A stretch of 62,333 bases of DNA, the filler included. It is 16 parts of 16 records of this genome, joined end to end, with 100 filler letters (N's around TTAATTAATTAA, not from the genome) between each part and the next. Parts side by side here need not be neighbours in the genome. Positions count along the whole stretch, not along the records: positions 1 to 3,580 come from SRR9670534_373; positions 3,681 to 5,802 come from SRR9670534_374; positions 5,903 to 9,923 come from SRR9670534_376; positions 10,024 to 12,676 come from SRR9670534_378; 12 more parts are not named here. One strand, 5' to 3'. This document shows positions 1 to 12,132 of this stretch, piece by piece. Each line of letters begins with the position of its first letter. Positions within the stretch are counted from its first letter, which is position 1. A program made the position numbers and the translations under genes. A model generated the notes under the pieces. It ran no database searches, was not told the DNA's origin, and saw only the letters and a program-made list of their open reading frames with translations.

Positions 1-799
1 ATTGTAAAAAAAGACATTGAAAGGGTGCTACAATGAATAATAGACAAAAAATAAGAAATTCTATAAATGTGGAGAAATATTAATTTGTGTGCATGGCTAA
101 GTAGCATTTTGGTCATAATAATAAAAATAAGAATTTATTATAGGCTGCTGTAGAGCTAGAAAGCCATAATCAGAACCATCAATCGCTATATACTGTATTC
201 AACTATCTGAATGTGAGACAATAAAGAAGAACTAAGAAAAACTTATTTCTGAAGCATGGGCCTGTTCACTTAAGTAATTAAGCATAATTAAGTAGTTATA
301 TCATAAGGCAATCATCATTATAAATCATTAAAAAAATTTGAGATTAATCAATCGAATGACATTTTTATGAGAGTGTATTATCAAAACTTATAAATATTAT
401 ATCAAAATTAAAATCAGTAAATTTATAGTGACTGAACTTGTATGCCAATTTCAGAAACTTGGAATGTGAGAAGAGAAAGGGCAACAGGCTGTGTCCCAAC
501 CAAAACTGGATCAGAAGCTAAAAAGAGATAAAAGGACAGCCAACACAAAAGACTGTCCTTTTCAAATCATGTAACTAAAAAGAAAATTGCTATATACGAG
601 TTACTGTTGTGTGGTAATTGAAAGTAAAATTATAAATAAAATGTACATTGAAATATGAAAAAGTATACAATATAGAAAGATTACTTCTTGCTGCCATAGC
701 ATTGCAGCTGATCTTGTATCTTAAGTAATCTATCTTGTACTTTAACAATAAAGGGTAAGTGGTTACAAGTGAAATGCAAATCGAATTGTTCAATTAGAC

Positions 800-2900
800 A
801 TCAGAATAACAGTGCTATGTCTGCTTTTTTCAAGTAGTCTGGCAAGTTGTTCCAGATGTCAACAACTGACACCAAGTAGGACTTTCAATATATATTAGAC
901 ATTACCTCTGCATTCAATCTGATGTTAAGCTTCAGTCTCTGTGATTGAAAGGTTGTAAAAACACTGTATTCACCACTAAAAGCATTATTGAGAAATTTGT
1001 ACATCAAAATTAAGTCATTTTGGATTAAATGCTCTTTAAGAGTTTTTACTTCGAAATATTGACAGTACTCTTCATATGAATAGCCAATGTTGATTCTACT
1101 TTTAGTAATAATTATTCAAAAAGTCCATTATTGCAGCTTCTCCATATCATCAAGCCTTGCATGGTAATGCAGGCACCATAATGAGGCACCATAATCCATC
1201 AACTATCTGATATATTGTATGTAACAGTGGTAGAGTAATGTGGGAGCTTTTGATCTCATACTGCTGAAAAGTTGTTTGGATCAAACAATTACCCTTCTTG
1301 TGGTGATTTTTTTGTGTTCCTGGAAGTTGAGAAAATAATCTACCCATATACCTAGGTCTTTGGTAAGATATGTAACTTTAATCGTAACTTCACCCAATTT
1401 CAGAACTGATTCTGGTGAAGCTGTGCCTATAGGCATAATCTATGTCTTGTCCATGTTAATGGTGAGTCTCCAAGCATATGTCCAATTGTAAATGACCACC
1501 ATTGCTTTTTTTAGTTGCTCTAATTTGCCACCCCAAGTCTTCATGCTGAGATCTATCCATAGTACTTTACTCAGCATTAACATAAGATCATTTATATAGG
1601 ATATAAACAGCACTGGACCAAGCACAGAGTTTTGGACTACACCAGAACTAACTGGTAGTAGTTCTGAGGCTCTGCCCCTAATAATTACCTTTTGATACCT
1701 GTTTTCAAGCCAGCTTTTAATAATCATCAATGTATTACCACAAATATGAAAACTAGACCACAACTTCTTTATAAGAAGTGTGTGGTCAATGCAGTCAAAA
1801 GCTTTAAAAAAATCTAAATATATCATATATCCAGGGGTACTCTTGTTAATCCAAAAATGGCTCTTTATAAGAGTAAATGAGATTGACTTCTGTAGATCTC
1901 TTGTCCATGTAGCAAAATTGTTGCTGGTGAATTAGATTATGCTTTTTGTACCAACCATAGATCTGTTTATTCAAGATTTGTTCAAACACTTTACTTCCCA
2001 CGCATGTTAGTGCTATTGGCCTGTAGTTTTTTACAGTACAGGCACTCCCTGTTTTGAATACAGGTGTAATAAGTGCTGTATGCCAGTCTTCAGGTATAAT
2101 CTTGTATTGTAAAATTAATTGATACAGAAAAAACAATGGTGTTTTCATTGCATCCATTGCCTTGTGAAAGAAGATCTCTGGAATTCCTTTCATGGTTGGG
2201 TATAGTTTGTTATCCAAATTCATCAACTCAATTGCCACATCTGCTTCTGATATAATAAATTTATCAAACCAGTCATCTTCATCAACCAGATCTATGGGGT
2301 CTACCACCAAGTTCTGTGCTGGTTTCAAAGAAACCGAAGGAAAGTATTCATTAATTTTCTGGGTAATTACATCCAGTTCTGTTATGAAGATATTGCCTTC
2401 CTTTATTACTTCAGCCTTTTCCATGGGAGCTAAAACTTTTTTCAAATGCAAAAACATTTTGTGAAAACTACTATTATTAGACCATTTCCAAATCTGTAAC
2501 ATAATTTGACACCATCATTTGGTAGAATTCTTGGTATCTGTCATAGAGCTCTTTAGAAGTTTTATCTTCAAATTTCTTCCAAACATTGTAGTGCTTCTTC
2601 CTTTCTTTTTCAAGCTTCCTTAACCACTTAGAGAACTTTGCAGAATTTTCCAATTTCTTTAATGGGACAAAATTCTCAATAATGCTATCAATGCAATTTT
2701 TAAAAATTTGAAAAAACACTTTGACTGTACACTCTGTGTAGAGTTCTTTCCAATCCTTCTCCACAATGATCCTGTTAATAAGATCAAAATCTGCACTTCT
2801 AAAATCTCAAAAATAGATAGGTTCAAAAGCTACTGAAGAAAAATTACAAAGTAAAAACAATTCTATACCAAGATGATCACATTAGGTCTAGTATCACAAC
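800..2900 (-). mobile_element. Degenerate non-LTR retrotransposon (CR1/L2/Jockey-type LINE ORF2, reverse transcriptase region)
   Basis: Three frameshifted ORFs (2477-2764, 1846-2502, 1440-1826) carry RT motifs NYRPIALTCVGSKVFEQI, YLDFFKAFD, SGVVQNSVLGPVLF and YINDL. The catalytic (Y/F)ADD is missing and there are several stops. Ends approximate. Confidence 0.9.
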
Positions 2901-3580
2901 TAATGACAAGTACATTGGTCATGATCAGATCTATTAGTGAATGAGATTTAATATACATAAAATCAGTAACTACCTGTGATAGATTATAACATTGTGAAAA
3001 TAGTAGAAGGTCACATGATCATTAGAATGTAGATGGACAAATGAATCATTGTGCTTGCCTATCATGCCATTTCTATTCAAATAAAAACATTTTAAATTAT
3101 TGATGATTGCATCCTGCAATTCAATGGAATAAATTGTGTCATTATAATAAAACAGATCATTGTGAAAATTAAAAATTGCTCATCATCTATATTTAAAGAA
3201 GAGCTATTTGATAATTTAAAGAGGAGCTATTCAATAGCATATTCGAAATGTACACAGTATTATTATCTAATATGCTTGTCTTGGCAAATACACCTTAGCT
3301 GAGATTACAGCAGATGCTGGGGCTGACCAAAACATCAAATTATGCAAATTCATAATATGTTCCATATGCTTAACTCTTTCCTTATTTTTCTTATTTGTTC
3401 TATCTAAGTTCATTTCAATTTGCAACACTCTTTGTCCAACACTAGTAACTTCATTGCATAGTTGTTGCTGACTTTGAACAATGTCTTCAACTTTTGCTGA
3501 TAAACTGATGCTTATCTATTGCTTAATTTTAAATGTTTTAATTTTGTGTTTGTATTTTCAGGGATAGTATATGATTGTAC

Positions 3581-3680
3581 NNNNNNNNNNNNNNNNNNNN
3601 NNNNNNNNNNNNNNNNNNNNNNNNTTAATTAATTAANNNNNNNNNNNNNNNNNNNNNNNNNNNNNNNNNNNNNNNNNNNN
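3581..3680. other. Artificial contig-joining spacer N44-TTAATTAATTAA-N44 (first of 15)
   Basis: The same 100-nt spacer with stops in all frames starts at 3581, 5803, 9924, 12677, 17571, 22421, 25755, 32386, 34666, 40545, 43741, 48885, 54264, 57429 and 60118. RFT1, PDE1, the CAM and SLC22 are cut at spacers and do not continue on the other side. Confidence 0.97.
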
Positions 3681-5156
3681 AGTATAATATTTATAATATT
3701 ACTAATATTATATTAGAGTTAGCATTCAATAAACTTATTAGAATATATAAAAAAATTCTTAAAGAAATATGTTTTTTATGTAAGCTACTTTACAAAAAGC
3801 AATATTTTAGCCTATATTAGCAATTTATCTTTATAAATTTTTAATTGAATCAAAATTTCAGAATTTTATCAACTTTATTGTATATTGCTTAAAGTAAAAC
3901 TGTTTATGTTACTAATAAAAAATTTACAAAAGACTTATATAATATAAGTTGTTAAATTAGTTAAAGATATTAGTATAATTAAAAGCTATAATTCTTATTT
4001 TGCAAGTATAATGATATAATAAATATTAAAATAAAAAGTATATTATTATAACAAATTTACTCATAATATTTTGCTAGTAATTTATAGGCAGTAATTATGT
4101 TATTATAATTTAGTGAAAATATTATACTATTGTTACTAGAATAGCTTAGTACTAACTGTTAATAATAATTTGTAAAATAGTATAATATATATCTTATAAC
4201 AATGTAAAGTAGTTTTTGTAACATATTAATAATAATTAAGAAAGATAAAACATATACTGTAAATTTACAAATTATAGTGTAAAATCTAGATAATATATTA
4301 AAATATATACCATAAAATCTAGATAATATATTCAACTATGCTTACATTTTGATAATTATATATATTTTAATGTTATAATTTCAACAATTATACTGTTAAT
4401 AATACTAAAACCTACATGTAGGTATGCAATAAAAAATAACTTAACTATTATTATAAAACTAACAACTATTTTTTTAAGATTATATATTAATATAACTTTA
4501 TATTTAATTAATAAACTTAGTTAATTTTTAAAAAAAAACTTTTTATAATAATTGTTGTTAATTTTTGAAATTGGAATTGTTAAAAAAGAAGTATATACAT
4601 ATATAGTGGAATCTATTTAATAACATGTTAAAGAGTTTAACTTTAAAGCATGATTTTAAGCAAAATTTAATCATGATCTTAAGCACAAAATAATCATAAA
4701 AAGGTGATCTTATTAGGTGGATTTTACTGTATTATTTTTTATAATAAAGCTTATATTAGATTATTGAATAAATAATGTTATAACATGTTAATATATTTTA
4801 ACTTTTAAAAATAATTAACAAATAATAAAATAACTATTTTGATTTTAGTTTTACTAATTTTTACCTAATTGTTTATATTCTGTCTGAGGCTGAAGATATA
4901 TAATTTAAGTATGTATATTTATCTTAGATCTTATTATTAAAAAAATTGATAAATTTAATTTTAATCTTTTTTACATTATGAATACTCGTTTTTTTTATTA
5001 GCTTGTTCATATCTAATATGTAATAGCATACATAGGTATATGTACCTAACATGTGGTAATATGTATATAATATGTAATACATATTATGTATAATGTATTA
5101 TTATTAATAATACAGTGTATTATTATTAATACATATCTTGTAATGTGATTTTAGTT

Positions 5157-5738
5157 ATGGGAAAGAATGATAAAGGTGAGAAGATAGATGAAGTTGTGTC
5201 AAAGGCCGGAACTGCAATAACGTACAACGTTTTTCTACAGGTTAGGAGTACCTATGTACGCTGTATGTATTTCAAATTGTGGATTAATTTTACAGACTTT
5301 TTATTTATTACATAGGTACCTAATTACTAAACTTCGTAGTATCTGCTAGTGTACTGTACACTGTGTACAATCGTAAAAAAGTACGTTGTTGTTCTACATT
5401 CATGATTGTACATACCTACATGATTTGTTAGGGTGCGTGTGCGCACTGCGTACACACTGTATAATAATACAATGTATATATCGCAGGTACTACGTAATAC
5501 ATAATAGGTACGCAATACCAAGGCTCTCTATAGACCTAATATTCCTATCATTACCTACTAGTTCGTATGTCTAAATGACTAGGTACATATTCAGACATAT
5601 TTAGACATAGGTATGCATAACATATACATCTACATTCTCGAGAATATTTTAGACTGCTATTCGAGTTTTGACCTTCATCATAAATGCAGTTTCGCTAAGA
5701 TTTGTTGCAAAAGACCTTTTGGGTGTTGTTAATGTTAG
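5157..5738 (+). CDS. RFT1: RFT1 (Man5GlcNAc2-PP-dolichol translocation protein), first two coding exons, 3'-truncated by contig end
   Basis: Exons 5157-5240 and 5653-5738 (GT-AG) give MGKNDKGEKIDEVVSKAGTAITYNVFLQ|TAIRVLTFIINAVSLRFVAKDLLGVVNVR. This matches the RFT1 N-terminus (LLQ..[27 protein letters not shown]). Confidence 0.88.
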
Positions 5739-6159
5739 GTATATTCAAACATTTTTCGAATGTGTCATTTTAATTACCTATTATGTATTATTATTAATAA
5801 TANNNNNNNNNNNNNNNNNNNNNNNNNNNNNNNNNNNNNNNNNNNNTTAATTAATTAANNNNNNNNNNNNNNNNNNNNNNNNNNNNNNNNNNNNNNNNNN
5901 NNTACGTAATGGCTACATCACCTATCGGTCTATACAGACGAGTAGCTATTAAAACAGGTAGTCTATATCCTAGGTCATAGGTATGTGTTGAACACTCGCA
6001 ATTGACATAGCCACTATTCACTGATAATAATTTATCAGTCTTTGTGATTAATTAGCAGGTAACTCTAGTGCTATTATTAATATTGTAATAATGTACACGA
6101 AGACATTGCGATCGGTTCTTTTTTGCTTTTCACAATTTTATAGAAAGGTTCAAAAAGTT

Positions 6160-7416
6160 ATGCCCAGTACAAGTTCAAGAAATTTCTTCAGATACTTCAG
6201 GCTTTTGATATTTTCATCATCTATTGTAATTGTAATAACTTTTGTTTTTATGAACCACCAACGCCTCTATGATGAACTCAAAACAAAAATTCCTGATGAT
6301 TTTTTCACAACCCATAACAATTCACACCTGTATAATTTTACTTACCTTTCATATCCCAATATTACTTGCAGATATGGTGAAACACAAATTCTTGTTTTCA
6401 TCTTAAGTGCACCAAAAAATACAGGCAGAAGATCAGCTCAGAGAAGTTCTTGGGTTAACAAAACAAATTATGGTTCCTTCCCTGATTTGTTGTGTATATT
6501 TTATATTATAGGAAGATCTGACACTGATGATGTAATTAAGAGTGAAATAAATAAATTTACTGATATCTTATATCTTGATTTACAAGAATCATACAGGAAT
6601 TGTATCTACAAATGGTTTGCTGGTTACGAATTTGCCACGTCATTAGGATATTTTCCAAATTTAAAATTTGTTGTAAAAATTGATGATGATGCTTTTCTAC
6701 ATGTTTTCAAAATGGTGACGTTTCTACTTTTGAGCAAAGGAATACCAACGAATGATTTCTTCTTTGGAAAGGTACGCAGAAATTCAATAGTTGTAAGACA
6801 TAATCAAAACAAGTGGAATATGCCTGTTAAAGAGTACAGTAATAAGAATTATCCTAATTACATCGATGGACCAATTGTATTGAGCACAGATGGAGCTGCC
6901 AGAAAGGTGAAAAGTATTTATCTTTTATTAATAATAAAAATTACCTTGAAATTAAATTAATAATTTATATAAACTTTGATTAATATTAAATTAATAATTT
7001 CTAAAAAATTTTGAAATTAAAAAGCTATCCAATCAATTGGCCTTTAGGTAGTCCACGCTGCTAAATGGACAAAGTTTATGACAATGGATGATGTATATTT
7101 TACTGGTATTTTGGCAGAAAAAGTTAATGTACCACGAATATTTCCGAAAAATATAATAAGTTATCCAGATGGACAAAGACATTGCTTAAACAAGAAAAAA
7201 ATTTCAACATTCGGATGTGTTGTAGGGCATTGGGATATTAAAAATAAAAGCATAGATGATAAAGTTGAAAAACTTACAAAGGACTTATGGAAGCATGTTG
7301 ATCAAAATTACTGGAATAGTCTCATTGAAAGAAAACTTATTAACTTTAATAGGAAAGATGGTTTTAATAATGTTGTAGTCAGAAATGTCATCAAATATGC
7401 TGACATTCTTGCGTAA
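6160..7416 (+). CDS. Beta-1,3-galactosyltransferase family (GT31), type II membrane protein
   Basis: Exons 6160-6906 and 7048-7416 (in-frame ATG at 6091 also possible). N-terminal TM, then ILVFILSAPKNTGRRSAQRSSW, FVVKIDDD (DxD), YPNYIDG and DDVYFTGILA. Confidence 0.9.
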
Positions 7417-7862
7417 ATTCAGCAGCTAATTAACTTATTATTAAGTCTAGAATAATTAGTAATTGTAGCTTTCTTGTTTTATTATCTTTTAAATGAAATT
7501 AATTAAGATTATGTATTATTATTAAAATTAGTAGAAAATAATAAAGTTAGTCTTACTTGAATAAATACCTGTATAACATATCTTCAATTCAATGTATTGC
7601 TTTCAACACAATATGTGGTTATTGCAAATATAAGACATTAGATAATAATAATAATGATAAGCATCACCATAAGCATCACAATGATTGTTAATAAATTAGA
7701 AAATGCGCTATAATAATCATAATTCAATTAAAATATGATTCATTACATTTATATTGTATAATTAAATAAATATTATAATGTCTAAATATGTATATAATAT
7801 TGTACATAAATACTAATATTATTAATAATAATATTTATATAAAACATTATATATATGAGTTT

Positions 7863-9564
7863 TTATAAAGCACTACAAGCACTTTTTTTGTTCACAATTC
7901 TGCCTGGAGGACATGAATGCCCAAAGATAACCAAATTATCTTCAGGTATGGTGTTCCTGGTCTTCGTATGTAGGTATAAATCATAATACTGGTCCCACAC
8001 TACGTGCTCAGCTCCGATGGCCTTCCCTATCAATCCAGTAAAGAAAACATCTTCAACAGGTAACCAAGGAATAGAGTGGGATAAGGATAACCAATGGGGT
8101 ATAATATCTGCTGTGAAGGTATAGGCAATGCCAGAACAAAATTTGGGATAGTATTTATGGAAGTAATTTATCCTTCTGCCTAAAAATATATGATATATTA
8201 TATATCTTTTACTCCATTTAGGTTAATCGATATTTAAATGCAATATTTAAAATTTTAATAATGTATTATTGCAATTATTATCTTATAATATTGACGTATT
8301 CAGAGATTTTTAGCTGACAAGCTATGCTGTACAATATAGATGTATTGTGCAATCAGTAAAAGTACTGATATAGCACTGATACACATAAAGATATAGTGAT
8401 AAATTGATAAACTGATAGTGATACATTGATAAATGATTTATTTATATTATATGTTCAATATTATTTTGTCAATATTATAAAGTGGTGATTATTGATTATT
8501 GATTAAGAACTACTAAACAATACTTAGTGTACAAGATATAAATAGTTAATATTTACTAAATAATATTTATTATTAATAAATTATTATTATTAATGATAAT
8601 TAGTTATAAATCCGGCAAATCTTACCTTCAGTTTTAATGCCAATCCTGGGATTATAAAATTGTGGAATAGAATGGTGCCATACCTTGCAAAAAAAGCTCC
8701 TTTCTTTTCCTTTTCCATCTTTTTTCAACAAGTTTAAATACCTTGGTAAATTGAGCCAAACATCATCATCTATCTTTAGCACAAACTTTGGGGAATTTTG
8801 AAGACTTGAAATCCAATGAGCCATGTAAAAAGTTTTCAAAGTCAAGTTATCATAGGCTTCAGTCAGAGTATTTACGAAAATAATATCTTTAAATTTTAAT
8901 GCTTCTTCCCTTATATTTGAAATTTCAATTAAATTGTCCCTTCCCATAAAAAAAGTAATAACAAAAATTTTTGTATGCATTTTTAGTGAAGCTGGTTCTT
9001 ATAAAGGCTCTTCTGTCAAAATGGACTGGAATAGTGGTGACAATTGCCAATATTGAGCAGTTTTTATTTGAAACCATAGTGCAAAAAGATATTGATCAAT
9101 TTGGTCATATACTAAGTTAAAAAATAAAAAAGCTAATTCTTAATAAGAGGGTAAATTTGTACATGTGTGCTATGATATATTCCTTATAAAAATTGCTAAC
9201 TCTGTTGTTCTTTTCTGTTTATTAATAATTTAAAATTATTAATTTTACAAAAACTAAATTATTTACCATAAATTTCAATTTATGGTCTATTTTACTAAAT
9301 GAAAAAAAAATCATGTAAAGTAGCAAAAATGCCATATGTGACATATCTTTGCACTATGCTTGAAACAATGGGTTGAACTAAGAATGTAGTATTTATTAAA
9401 TTAACATAACTTTCAAATACTGAAAATGGCTGCAAGTCTTTTGTAGGATCAAATTCGTCATATGGAATTTTAAGGTATAATAAAATGGCGAATATAACTG
9501 CCAGAATGATAGCATTTGATATGAGAAGAGGTATTCGTTTACAAGGAAATAGTCGAAATTTCAT
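7863..9564 (-). CDS. Second GT31 beta-1,3-galactosyltransferase, convergent with the first; frameshifted as assembled
   Basis: TM exon starts at 9564. Middle exon (~9110-8626) has ILAIVTT..FDRRAFIRTS, EAYDNLTLKT and FVLKIDDDVW. Last exon 8179-7863 has YPKFCSGIAY and EDVFFTG. The frame shifts at the homopolymer runs 9083-9087 and 8948-8954. The exon 1 donor is unresolved. Confidence 0.82.
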
Positions 9565-10078
9565 GAATAAATAACTATGACCAGCAGTTACATTATTCCT
9601 AACAGGAATAAAGATTTGTGAATACTTATATTTGTCTTACATATAATGTTTATCTTATCAGCTAGTTCATGATATACTGCTTTTATTAATTATTAGTAAT
9701 TGAATTGACCCTTTACTACAATATGTTTACATCATAATAATATTATTGGAGACATTTTTCATGAACTGTCTGACTGATTGTCTTCAAACCTGGACAATGT
9801 CTATGGGAATTATCATAATAGAGTATTGTCAATACTTTGCCACCAAATGTGACATGTTGACCAGATTGCGCCAAGAATGAATGCAGCGTCAATTACTTGA
9901 AAAATAAGATTATATAATGATAANNNNNNNNNNNNNNNNNNNNNNNNNNNNNNNNNNNNNNNNNNNNTTAATTAATTAANNNNNNNNNNNNNNNNNNNNN
10001 NNNNNNNNNNNNNNNNNNNNNNNAATAATAATATTATTATTATTAATTATTAATAAAAACAAGACAAAAGAGACCTAC

Positions 10079-12132
10079 CTTGTATTTGTTGACTAGATCG
10101 TATCTCTGGAGTAATTCGTGAACTACAAATCTTAAACTTTGATTATTACTTTCGTCATTAACTGTGAAGACGTCAAATGACCAATCTTCGATAGTCTGAA
10201 ATTTATTGATTAATCATCACACTGAACATGATTACATTCATTAGGTAGCTGCTACTGAAGGGGAAGCAAAAAGCTAGATCTGGCTAGCTAAAAAGCTAGC
10301 TGCAGCAAGTTAACCAGTCAGCCAGCCAGCCAGCTAGCTATCTATTCTTTTGCTTTCCACCACAACCACCCCTACCAGCTAGTTACCAATTGAGGTCGGT
10401 CATACATGCAAGTTAGCTAGTTAGTTATTACCCAGTTAGTAGTAGTAGTAGATACATTACTAGTGGTAAACTTATTTGCACAAAAGCAAAAAGCCAGCAG
10501 CCCAAAAGCAAGCTAGCCAAAATCAATGAGCAAACACTAACCTTTAAAAGAATTAGTACACCAGGTGGGCACAGAATGCCTGCAGAACTTGACATGCGAC
10601 GTAACCTACGAAAGCAAATTGAACATTAATTATTAAGCACAAAAACAACCCAATAATCTTCCAGTAAGTTAATTTAGTGGCTGAAGTGAGCGAACAACTA
10701 TACATACCGTACACATTATTGTACAAGTGTATTCCGCAATAGCTGTTAGTACTAATGAGTATTAGCATTAGCCATAGCTAGTTATAGTTAGTTAGTAGTG
10801 GGAGTAGCAATAGCAACTAAATGAATGATGGATAGAAATAAAATGTATAGCTTGCAGTTACGTTACAATTCCGCCAAAGTGTGGAGCGCAAAAACCGCGC
10901 GCGCGCTAGGTCATGTTTATGGGAGGAGCAATGATACCTTGGTTAGTATGCATTTGTTAGTGTTAACTACTATGAATAAGCCAATGACACAAGCATGCAT
11001 GAATAATATGTACGACTGTACGACTTACCTTTTTTAGTCTACCTGGACATTGTGTCACCCATTTGCACATTGAAGATAGTTGTTTCTCTCGATAAATTCT
11101 TACAACAAAAATGGTGCAAGTATCATCACGTATTCAGGCACACATCATATGAGTGTCATGGTACGCAACATCAAGATTATTAACGATAATTACTACTATT
11201 GTATCAATATATATTGTTACCAATAGCAAAACAACGTAAAAATGCGTAATTTCTTGAGACAATAATTAGCTACTAAGGATTACTTGGTAATCCACGAATT
11301 AGTACACATAATAATTATGATAATCTAACCAACTAATAGGGTCTTAGTATTATCAATATTATTAATGATAATAGTAGCAACGAACCTATCAACAAAAATG
11401 CCGGCTCTAATCGTTTGTACCACGCTTCTAAATCTAGCCTTACTATCTGTTGTGCGTTTGACACTGTTCATGGAACGCGTGAAGGTTGTTGCAAGCCAGT
11501 CTCGAACTTCGCTAGGCACTGAATCTGGCTTGACTTCAGACAGTTCATCATCTTCATCACAAAGTCTCCTATAATAATGGTAAAATGATCGTACTATTTT
11601 GATTTGACAAATTAGGAAAGACTAATTAGCAATAGTCATGCACAAGAAATTATAATAAAAGGCAATTTTTTATGGTACATATGTTAAACATAGCTTACCT
11701 TGTTTCATCAAGATAAGTCGCTTCCAAGACAGAGAGCACATATTCCAGGTTTTTCTTTAAATCCTCTTGAGTAATTTCAAACTTCTTTTCCCATTGGCTG
11801 AGTATGTATCTAATTCTAAAAGCGGTAGAAAAGATTAGAACAAGAACCCGTAAAATTACAGTGATTCCAATCAAGTCAAATTGCAGCTAGGGTAAATGAA
11901 TAATAATACGATTGGTAGTAGCACTAATAGTAGCCCAAAGGGTAAGTAAAGAGCACCACCTTAACGCAGAACATTGCAATTTTTCAATTGTTCTTTCATC
12001 AATGAGTTTAGTCTTTGAATTATTTCCATTATTTTCAGTAGCATTTGGAGAAGAACTTGACATAGGTGAAAGAATTTTTTTAGAAGGCATTGATTTCAAG
12101 TAGCGATTGACCAACTGTCGCTGTCTATACAT
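10079..12132 (-). CDS. PDE1: Ca2+/calmodulin-dependent cyclic nucleotide phosphodiesterase 1, 5' exons; catalytic domain lost at contig end
   Basis: Exons 12132-11960, 11815-11699, 11568-11386, alternative 11098-11029 or 10605-10542, then 10195-10079. Motifs: DLKKNLEY, DELSEVKPDSVPSEVRDWLATTFTR, FRSVVQTIRAGIFVDR, DWSFDVF. Confidence 0.92.

Noticed and set aside
3625-3636. Recurring TTAATTAATTAA as a biological repeat or CRISPR-like array
   Set aside because: It is always centred in identical N-padded 100-nt blocks, so it is an assembly linker. Gene neighbourhoods across it were also ignored.
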